Positions 1 to 4,799 of a DNA stretch of 7,115 bases are shown one piece after another. The notes beneath the pieces are model-generated. The model was not told the DNA's origin, made no database searches, and saw nothing but the letters and a program-made list of their open reading frames with translations. The first letter of the stretch is position 1. Each line of letters starts with the position of its first letter. The position numbers and the translations under genes were made by a program. This DNA comes from a virus. Lineage: Duplodnaviria; Heunggongvirae; Uroviricota; Caudoviricetes. The stretch lies in IMG/VR virus record IMGVR_UViG_2695420412_000015. One strand, 5' to 3'.

Positions 1-189
1 GGTGTGTCATACACCACGTCAGCGGTGGGGACGGGATACTGGTTACTGCAGCTGCTGGACAAAGTCTCTCCGTCCCAGTGGGTGGCAATAGGTGTACTGG
101 GGAGTCTGCTGTTTGGCCTGCTGACGTATCTGACTAACCTGTATTTCAAAATCAGGGAGGACCGCCGTAAGACGGCGCGGGGAGACTAA
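1..189 (+). CDS. S: Pinholin (phage 21 S-like holin), 5'-partial at window edge
   Basis: The translation ...[51 protein letters not shown] closely matches the C-terminal two thirds of phage 21 pinholin S21 as I remember it. The ORF is open to position 1, so the true start lies upstream of the window. Stop TAA at 187..189. A pinholin is the expected partner of the SAR-type endolysins downstream. Confidence 0.8.
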   Translation, partial: GVSYTTSAVGTGYWLLQLLDKVSPSQWVAIGVLGSLLFGLLTYLTNLYFKIREDRRKTARGD

Positions 190-193
190 AGCG

Positions 194-1183
194 ATGAAGA
201 AAAAATACGAACTGGTTGTTAAAGAGATAAATAATTACCCGGATAAGATTGCTGTTACTGTGGCACTTGAAATTGGCGGGCATCCGTCGTTGTTGTTGCC
301 ACATGTGGCGATTAGTCTTGACCGTACTGAAGGTGCCACGCTGGAGTTCTACGAAGCTGAGGCGAAAAAACAGGCGAAGCAGTTTTTCATGGATATTGTT
401 GCCGGGTTATGCGAAGGGGATGAACCGTCACCGGAAAAGCGCCCCGTAATTTTAGATGCGCAGGATGTATTGATAACCTACAAAGGAAAGCTACCGGGAA
501 GAATTACTTGTTCTCTGAAGATGCCGCCGTCAACACTGCGGTCAGAAAAAGATGATGTTGAATCGCGTATTGAAAAACTGGAGTGCTATATCGCTGAATT
601 GAAAAAAAGCACCCCAACAAAAAATGAGGTGCTTGCAGCAGACGAAATGAAAGAAGCTATTCCTGATCGCGCGGCGAATCTAAGCTGCGCTTCATGGTTG
701 AAAGAGCATCTTCAGCAGCCTGAAAAAAAACGCCGCGATGAGCAGTTTGCTGCGTTTTACGATTATTGCCGGAAAGTGATGAGCAGAAATCTCGCAGAGT
801 GTTTCAGTATTCATAATGATAATTTCAGTGACCTGGAATGGGAGTGTAACCGGCCATCCTTTGTTGTATCCGGTGATGCTGGGAAAATAACCATCTCAGA
901 AAATGGAAAAGTAACACCGCCATCGCACCAGCATAGTGAGGAGCTCATTGAATTTGCCATTGATTACCTGAAGAACAATAAAAAGCAGGGGCTGATGAAG
1001 TGCATTGGTCGTTGCATGGGATATCTGCAGATAGCTGCTGAGATTGAAGCGCTGGCCAGTGGTGCGGACAAGGATGCAGTTGTGCGGGAGGCTCTTCTTC
1101 GTGATTTTGATAATCCGCCCTTTAAAAAAGTGCCGGCTTACTGGTTTCATCCAGGACTGACTTATCTTAAAGGACGTATATAA
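194..1183 (+). CDS. 329-aa ORF: N-terminal DUF1327-like domain (residues 1-109) fused in frame to a ~220-aa C-terminal domain of unknown function
   Basis: ATG at 194, five nt after the holin stop. Residues 1-109 are co-linear with the 110-aa copy-B protein (2064..2396) and resemble the small protein family found beside lysis genes in lambdoid prophages (I recall this as YdfR/DUF1327; family name from memory, unverified). From codon 110 (ATG 521..523) the ORF continues through sequence absent from copy B to TAA 1181..1183. A 990-nt open frame is unlikely by chance; the only antisense ORF (896..1150) is short. Translation of the C-terminal part alone from ATG 521 (220 aa) is an alternative gene model. 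Confidence 0.7.
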   Translation: MKKKYELVVKEINNYPDKIAVTVALEIGGHPSLLLPHVAISLDRTEGATLEFYEAEAKKQAKQFFMDIVAGLCEGDEPSPEKRPVILDAQDVLITYKGKLPGRITCSLKMPPSTLRSEKDDVESRIEKLECYIAELKKSTPTKNEVLAADEMKEAIPDRAANLSCASWLKEHLQQPEKKRRDEQFAAFYDYCRKVMSRNLAECFSIHNDNFSDLEWECNRPSFVVSGDAGKITISENGKVTPPSHQHSEELIEFAIDYLKNNKKQGLMKCIGRCMGYLQIAAEIEALASGADKDAVVREALLRDFDNPPFKKVPAYWFHPGLTYLKGRI

Positions 1184-1225
1184 GCTGGCTCGTTATCTGT
1201 TGCCGATAAATCCTGATAAATATCC

Positions 1226-1759
1226 ATGAACACCAAAATCAAATACGGCCTGTCGGCTGCCGTTCTGGCGCTGATTGCCGCTGGTGCGCCTGCGCCTGAC
1301 ATTCTCGACCAGTTTCTGGATGAAAAGGAAGGTAACCACACCACGGCATACCGTGATGGTGCGGGGATCTGGACCATCTGCCGTGGTGCCATCATGGTGG
1401 ATGGTAAACCTGTTGTTCCAGGCATGAAGTTGTCGAAGGCAAAATGCGCTCAGGTTAACGCCATTGAGCGTAATAAGGCGCTGGCATGGGTGGAGAAAAA
1501 CATCAAAGTGCCATTGACCGAACCACAGAAAGCGGGGATTGCGTCATTCTGTCCGTACAACATTGGCCCCGGTAAGTGTTTCCCGTCGACGTTTTATAAA
1601 CGAATTAATGCAGGCGATCGCAGGGGGGCGTGTGAGGCGATTCGCTGGTGGATTAAGGACGGTGGCAGAGACTGCCGTATTCGCTCAAACAACTGTTACG
1701 GTCAGGTATCCCGTCGCGACCAGGAGAGTGCGCTGGCGTGCTGGGGAATTGACAGATAA
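1226..1759 (+). CDS. R: SAR endolysin (phage lysozyme, T4/P22 lysozyme-like GH24 fold), copy A
   Basis: 177 aa. The N-terminus MNTKIKYGLSAAVLALIAAGAPAP is a Gly/Ala-rich weakly hydrophobic signal-anchor-release type segment. The body carries lysozyme motifs (E...YRDGAGIWTICRG..., ...VPLTEPQKAGIASFCPYNIGPGKCF..STF.., ..WWIKDGG..) in the arrangement seen in P22 gp19 and phage 21 R. It sits directly downstream of the pinholin region. Confidence 0.9.
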   Translation: MNTKIKYGLSAAVLALIAAGAPAPDILDQFLDEKEGNHTTAYRDGAGIWTICRGAIMVDGKPVVPGMKLSKAKCAQVNAIERNKALAWVEKNIKVPLTEPQKAGIASFCPYNIGPGKCFPSTFYKRINAGDRRGACEAIRWWIKDGGRDCRIRSNNCYGQVSRRDQESALACWGIDR

Positions 1760-1853
1760 GCAGAATATTTTGCTGAAAAATGCGGTTTGCTCACACGGAC
1801 GGATAACACGAAATCCTGCGAACTGACAAAAACTAAGTGAATAAAAGTAAAAA

Positions 1854-1888
1854 CCCCGTTTGTTGGCTGCAAGCGGGGTTTTGTGTTT
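1854..1888 (+). terminator. Rho-independent terminator-like hairpin, copy A
   Basis: Stem CCCCGTTTG (1854..1862) pairs with CAAGCGGGG (1870..1878), with one G.U pair, around the 7-nt loop TTGGCTG, followed by TTTTGTGTTT. It is preceded by an A-run, so it could act in both directions. Conserved in copy B. Confidence 0.55.
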
Positions 1889-1918
1889 CCTGACTCTGGA
1901 AAAGTCAAAGGAGAAAGT

Positions 1919-2059
1919 GTGTTTGATTTTAGCAAACTGATTCGGGAGATTCGAGTGATGGCTGAAAAATTATCCACCTGGAAGTTCATTCTTATCTGGC
2001 TGGTGTTTGTGATTATGGCCTCCGGTTATTTCATCGGTCAGATACGACGGGGAGAGTAA
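1919..2059 (+). CDS. Small single-pass membrane protein ORF (46 aa from GTG 1919; 33 aa if ATG 1958 is used), copy A with chimeric 3' end
   Basis: AGGAG at 1910..1914 lies 4 nt before GTG 1919 (in copy B the AGGAG-to-GTG spacing is 5 nt); GGGAG at 1944..1948 precedes ATG 1958. Translation VFDFSKLIREIRVMAEKLSTWKFILIWLVFVIMASGYFIGQIRRGE* has one clear transmembrane segment. The copy at 3131..3268 differs in this segment only by synonymous changes, which argues for purifying selection. The last codons (RRGE*) look like the holin 3' end rather than copy B (RWW*). Confidence 0.45.
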   Translation: MFDFSKLIREIRVMAEKLSTWKFILIWLVFVIMASGYFIGQIRRGE

Positions 2060-2063
2060 AGCG

Positions 2064-2396
2064 ATGAAGAAAAAATACGAACTGGTTGTTAAAGGGATAA
2101 ATAATTACCCGGATAAGATTACTGTTACTGTGGCACTGGAAATTGGTGGGTATCCGTCACTGTTGTTGCCAGATGTGGCGATTAGTCTTGACCGTACTGA
2201 AGGAGCCACGCTGGAGTTTTACGAAGCTGAGGCGAAAAAGCAGGCGAAGCAGTTTTTCATGGATGTTGCTGCCGGGTTATGTGAAGGGGATGGTCCGTTG
2301 CCGGAAAAGCGGCCCATCATTTTAGAGGCGCAGGATGTGTTGATAATCTACAGAGGAAAACTACCGGGAATAATTACTGGTTCTCTGAAGACTTAA
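2064..2396 (+). CDS. DUF1327-like small lysis-region protein, 110 aa (copy B, unextended form)
   Basis: MKKKYELVVKGINNYPDKITVTVALEIGGYPSLLLPDVAISLDRTEGATLEFYEAEAKKQAKQFFMD... is co-linear with residues 1-109 of the 194..1183 ORF (about 14 aa substitutions by eye) and ends ...SLKT* at TAA 2394..2396. Same position relative to the endolysin as in copy A. Family name recalled from memory, unverified. Confidence 0.7.
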   Translation: MKKKYELVVKGINNYPDKITVTVALEIGGYPSLLLPDVAISLDRTEGATLEFYEAEAKKQAKQFFMDVAAGLCEGDGPLPEKRPIILEAQDVLIIYRGKLPGIITGSLKT

Positions 2397-2438
2397 CATA
2401 TCCAGGGATTTGAAATCGATAAACCCTGATAAATATCC

Positions 2439-2972
2439 ATGAACACCAAAATCAAATACGGCCTGTCGGCTGCCGTTCTGGCGCTGATTGCCGCAGGTGC
2501 GCCTGCGCCTGAAATCCTCGACCAGTTTCTGGATGAAAAGGAAGGTAACCACACCACGGCATACCGTGATGGTGCGGGTATCTGGACCATCTGCCGTGGA
2601 GCCACCCGGGTGGATGGTAAGCCTGTCCTCCCGGGCATGAAGTTGTCGAAGGAAAAATGCGACCAGGTTAACGCCATTGAACGTGATAAGGCGCTGGCAT
2701 GGGTGGCGAAAAACATCAGAGTGCCACTGACCGAACCCCAGAAAGCGGGTATTGCGTCATTCTGTCCGTACAACATTGGTCCCGGTAAGTGTTTCCCGTC
2801 TACGTTTTACAGACGAATTAATGCAGGTGATCGAAAAGGTGCCTGCGAAGCGATTCGCTGGTGGATTAAGGACGGTGGCAGAGACTGCCGTATTCGTTCA
2901 AACAACTGTTACGGTCAGGTATCCCGTCGTGACCAGGAGAGCGCGCTGGCGTGCTGGGGAATTGACAGATAA
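2439..2972 (+). CDS. R: SAR endolysin (phage lysozyme), copy B
   Basis: 177 aa, co-linear with copy A and differing at about 11 residues by manual count (e.g. AIMVDGKPVV versus ATRVDGKPVL; KAKCAQ versus KEKCDQ). Intact ORF with the same N-terminal SAR-like segment. Confidence 0.9.
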   Translation: MNTKIKYGLSAAVLALIAAGAPAPEILDQFLDEKEGNHTTAYRDGAGIWTICRGATRVDGKPVLPGMKLSKEKCDQVNAIERDKALAWVAKNIRVPLTEPQKAGIASFCPYNIGPGKCFPSTFYRRINAGDRKGACEAIRWWIKDGGRDCRIRSNNCYGQVSRRDQESALACWGIDR

Positions 2973-3065
2973 GCAGAATATTTTGCTGAAAAATGCGGTT
3001 TGCTCACACGGGCGGATAACACGAAATCCTGCGAACTGGCAAAAACTAAGTGAATAAAAGTAAAA

Positions 3066-3100
3066 CCCCGTTTGTTGGCCGCAAGCGGGGTTTTGTGTTT
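3066..3100 (+). terminator. Rho-independent terminator-like hairpin, copy B
   Basis: Stem CCCCGTTTG (3066..3074), loop TTGGCCG, stem CAAGCGGGG (3082..3090), then TTTTGTGTTT (3091..3100). The stem is identical to copy A; the loop differs by one base. Confidence 0.55.
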
Positions 3101-3130
3101 CCTGACTCCGGAAAAGTCAAAGGAGAAAGT

Positions 3131-3268
3131 GTGTTTGATTTTAGCAAACTGATTCGGGAGATTCGAATGATGGCTGAAAAATTATCCACCTGGAAGTTCA
3201 TCCTTATCTGGCTGGTGTTTGTGATTATGGCTTCCGGTTATTTCATTGGTCAGATACGCTGGTGGTGA
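3131..3268 (+). CDS. Small single-pass membrane protein ORF (45 aa from GTG 3131; 33 aa from ATG 3167), copy B
   Basis: AGGAG at 3121..3125 lies 5 nt before GTG 3131; GGGAG at 3156..3160 lies 6 nt before ATG 3167. Translation ...MMAEKLSTWKFILIWLVFVIMASGYFIGQIRWW*; stop TGA 3266..3268 is immediately followed by the Rz ATG at 3270. The track ORF starting at 3050 would run through the terminator hairpin, so I prefer a downstream start. Confidence 0.45.
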   Translation: MFDFSKLIREIRMMAEKLSTWKFILIWLVFVIMASGYFIGQIRWW

Positions 3269-3269
3269 A

Positions 3270-3737
3270 ATGAACCGCGTACTGTGCGTGGTCATCATTG
3301 CCCTGCTGGTGGCCTGTGGTGCGCTTAGTCTGGGGCTGAATCATTACCGTGATAACGCCATAACCTACAAAGAGCAGCGCGATAAAAAAGTCAGTGAGCT
3401 GGAGCTGGCAAATGCAACCATTACTGATATGCAGGTGCGCCAGCGCGATGTTGCTGCGCTCGATGCAAAATACTCGAGGGAATTAGCCGATGCGAGAGCT
3501 GAAAATGAAACTCTGCGTGCTGATGTTGCCGCTGGTCGTAAGCGCCTGCGGATCAACGCCACCTGCTCCGGTACCGTGCGTGAAGCCACCGGCACCTCCG
3601 GAATGGATAATGCAACCGGCCCCCGACTGGCAGACACCGCTGAACGGGATTATTTCACCCTCAGAGAGCGGTTGATGACAATGCAGAAGCAACTGGAAGG
3701 GGCACAGGACTATATCCGCACTCAGTGCCTGAAATAA
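3270..3737 (+). CDS. Rz: Rz i-spanin (inner-membrane spanin subunit)
   Basis: [40 protein letters not shown]...[31 protein letters not shown]...[35 protein letters not shown] is co-linear with lambda Rz as I recall it ([20 protein letters not shown]...[19 protein letters not shown]). I place the start at ATG 3270 rather than the track's 3246, matching the lambda Rz N-terminus. Confidence 0.9.
   Translation: [155 protein letters not shown]
3490..3675 (+). CDS. Rz1: Rz1 o-spanin (outer-membrane lipoprotein spanin subunit), embedded in the +1 frame of Rz
   Basis: MRELKMKLCVLMLPLVVSACGSTPPAPVPCVKPPAPPEWIMQPAPDWQTPLNGIISPSESG parallels lambda Rz1 (..LPLVVVGC...CVKPPPPPAWIMQPPPDWQTPLNGIISPSERG). 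It has a lipobox (VVSAC) and a proline-rich body. Lying wholly inside Rz in another frame is the classic arrangement. The true start may be the internal Met (MKLCV...). Confidence 0.85.
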   Translation: MRELKMKLCVLMLPLVVSACGSTPPAPVPCVKPPAPPEWIMQPAPDWQTPLNGIISPSESG

Positions 3738-4087
3738 GTTTTGTTGATGCGCCGTATCGTCGCTGTATTCCCTCATTAACAGAGACCGCAGCCCGACAGG
3801 GAGACTCCTCTGCGCGAGTGTGCGGGGATAATCAAAAACGATACACACCGGGGTTTACCGCGTTAACGGAGCGCGGCGTTGTCCCCTCATAGTCGCCTGT
3901 CCGGTGCGATGGTGGAAGAAGCCGGATGTTTATCACTATTAATTGATGACACAGAAATGGATTCATTGAATTTCAGCACGTTTTTGTATTCGTGTTATTG
4001 AACATCTGTTTATTTTACTTTTAACATATTGATAATAAAAAGAGCTGTAAATCTTTAGATGAGTCGATTTTGTCCGGGGAAGTTCAA

Positions 4088-4237
4088 ATGGATTTTATGC
4101 TGACGGTTTCTGGTGTGGTTATCCTGTCCATTGCTTATACTGCAGATAAATATGGCTGCCATTTGTTATCACGTATTGGCGCTTATTGTTCGTTGATGCT
4201 GATTTTCTCGTCGCTTTTTTTTATTTTTTTTGAGTAA
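4088..4237 (+). CDS. Hypothetical 49-aa hydrophobic peptide ORF (not in the supplied track, below its length cutoff)
   Basis: ATG 4088 is preceded by GGGGAAG with a 5-nt spacer. My manual translation is MDFMLTVSGVVILSIAYTADKYGCHLLSRIGAYCSLMLIFSSLFFIFFE*. It is strongly hydrophobic, AT-rich, ends in a T-run, and has atypical codon usage, so it may not be a real gene. Confidence 0.2.
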   Translation: MDFMLTVSGVVILSIAYTADKYGCHLLSRIGAYCSLMLIFSSLFFIFFE

Positions 4238-4369
4238 GTTATATTAATTATAACAAATAATTTTCTGTGTTATTTTTTCAGGCTATCCCGTCAGAGGGGA
4301 AGCCTGTACTGCCGGGGAGCGAATGGAAAACTGATGTGTCCGGTAACTGCGTGTTCTGTGAACACCATG

Positions 4370-4555
4370 TTACTTAATTATGTAATTCATACCCGAACTC
4401 TCTGTTGACAGCCTTCTTCTGCAGGCTTCAATAACCCACGCTGAAAAGTTTCCTGAACCTTTCAGGTCAAGAGCGATGTTAATTTGTTCAATTATCTGGT
4501 TTGGAAATCGGATGTTGCGGGTTGTTGTTCTGCGGGTTCTGTTCTTTGATGACAT
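4370..4555 (-). CDS. Hypothetical small ribbon-helix-helix-like DNA-binding protein (61 aa)
   Basis: Minus-strand ORF MSSKNRTRRTTTRNIRFPNQIIEQINIALDLKGSGNFSAWVIEACRRRLSTESSGMNYIIK. It has a basic N-terminus, then a beta-strand-like IRFP segment, a helix, a GSG turn and a second helix (NFSAWVIEACRRRL), which is the Arc/Mnt/CopG-type layout. Its position between the spanin genes and a Nu1 homologue recalls small ORFs such as ylcI upstream of nohD in E. coli cryptic prophages (from memory, unverified). No strong Shine-Dalgarno sequence seen. Confidence 0.4.
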   Translation of the reverse strand: MSSKNRTRRTTTRNIRFPNQIIEQINIALDLKGSGNFSAWVIEACRRRLSTESSGMNYIIK

Positions 4556-4754
4556 AATGTTGCCCCGTATTCAGTGTTGCTGATTTGTATTATCTGAAGT
4601 TGCTTTTACGCTAATTTGATGCAGATCAATTAATACGATACCTGCGTCATAATTGATTATTTGACGTGGTTTGATGGCGTAGATGCACGTTGTGACATGT
4701 AGATGATAATTATTATCATTTTGCGGGTCCTTTCCGGCGATCCGACAGGTTACG

Positions 4755-4766
4755 GGGCGGCGACCT
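4755..4766. other. cosN: cosN: 12-nt cohesive-end sequence GGGCGGCGACCT (terminase nicking site)
   Basis: 4721..4754 (TTGCGGGTCCTTTCCGGCGATCCGACAGGTTACG) matches the right end of phage lambda DNA as I recall it. 4755..~4799 (GGGCGGCGACCTCGCGGGTTTTCGCTATTTATGAAAATTTTCCGG) matches the lambda left end; the sequence diverges after that. The segment just upstream (about 4700..4754) should contain cosQ. Confidence 0.85.
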
Positions 4767-4799
4767 CGCGGGTTTTCGCTATTTATGAAAATTTTCCGG

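Larger units (their letters stand above)
172..2046. repeat. Tandem repeat unit A (DUF1327-like gene with insertion, endolysin, hairpin, small TM ORF)
   Basis: Collinear with 2047..3258 once the 521..~1165 insertion is excluded. The same gene order and near-identical stretches recur, for example GCGATGAAGAAAAAATACGAACTGGTTGTTAAAG at 191 and 2061, and ATGAACACCAAAATCAAATACGGCCTGTCGGCTGCC at 1226 and 2439. Boundaries are approximate. Confidence 0.85.
2047..3258. repeat. Tandem repeat unit B (DUF1327-like gene, endolysin, hairpin, small TM ORF)
   Basis: Second diverged copy of the unit. By my manual comparison the two endolysin genes differ at roughly 37 of 534 nt (approximate count), mixing synonymous and non-synonymous changes. 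Unit B ends at CAGATACG (3251..3258), the same point where unit A ends (2039..2046). Confidence 0.85.

Noticed and set aside
249-449. Plus-strand alternative-frame ORFs 249..449 and 2143..2325 inside the DUF1327-like genes
   Set aside because: Out-of-frame overlaps of the better-supported ORFs starting at 194 and 2064; Arg/Cys-rich translations typical of off-frame reads.
896-1150. Minus-strand 84-aa ORF antisense to the inserted domain
   Set aside because: Shorter than and fully contained in the 990-nt sense ORF, with no obvious ribosome-binding site. Most likely a shadow ORF, though an antisense gene cannot be excluded without expression data.
521-1183. Possibility that the insertion is an IS element or transposon
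   Set aside because: I saw no terminal inverted repeats, no target-site duplication, and no transposase-like motifs (no DDE or HTH signature I can recognise). It reads as a single in-frame protein-coding module.
1162-1425. Minus-strand ORFs 1162..1425 and 2393..2776 (87 and 127 aa) sharing the motif ...PGTTGLPST..APRQMVQIPAPSRYAVVWLPSFSSRNWSR...
   Set aside because: Both lie antisense to the two endolysin copies and are duplicated only because the endolysin is duplicated. The sense frame has strong lysozyme homology, so these are shadow ORFs.
1539-1826. Alternative-frame ORFs 1539..1826 and 2752..3057 overlapping the endolysin 3' ends, and minus-strand ORF 1702..1989
   Set aside because: They overlap the endolysin coding frame or the terminator and small-ORF region and have no independent start signals; judged spurious.
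3050-3130. Track start of the 72-aa ORF at ATG 3050
   Set aside because: That N-terminal extension would be translated straight through the terminator-like hairpin (3066..3100) and has no ribosome-binding site. Starts at GTG 3131 or ATG 3167 have Shine-Dalgarno sequences.
3246-3269. Track start of Rz at ATG 3246 (MVRYAGGE-MNRV...)
   Set aside because: The homologous lambda Rz begins at the Met equivalent to ATG 3270, and 3246..3268 is the 3' end of the small TM ORF in another frame. I annotated Rz from 3270.
3365-3848. Minus-strand ORFs 3365..3637 and 3483..3848
   Set aside because: Antisense to Rz/Rz1, whose sense-strand homology is strong; shadow ORFs. No bor-like lipoprotein gene was found on the minus strand after Rz.
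4692-4719. Promoter-like GTGACA - 16 nt - TATCAT just upstream of cos
   Set aside because: Weak match in very AT-rich DNA, where such hexamers arise by chance; the region is better explained as cosQ-proximal packaging sequence. Not reported as a feature.
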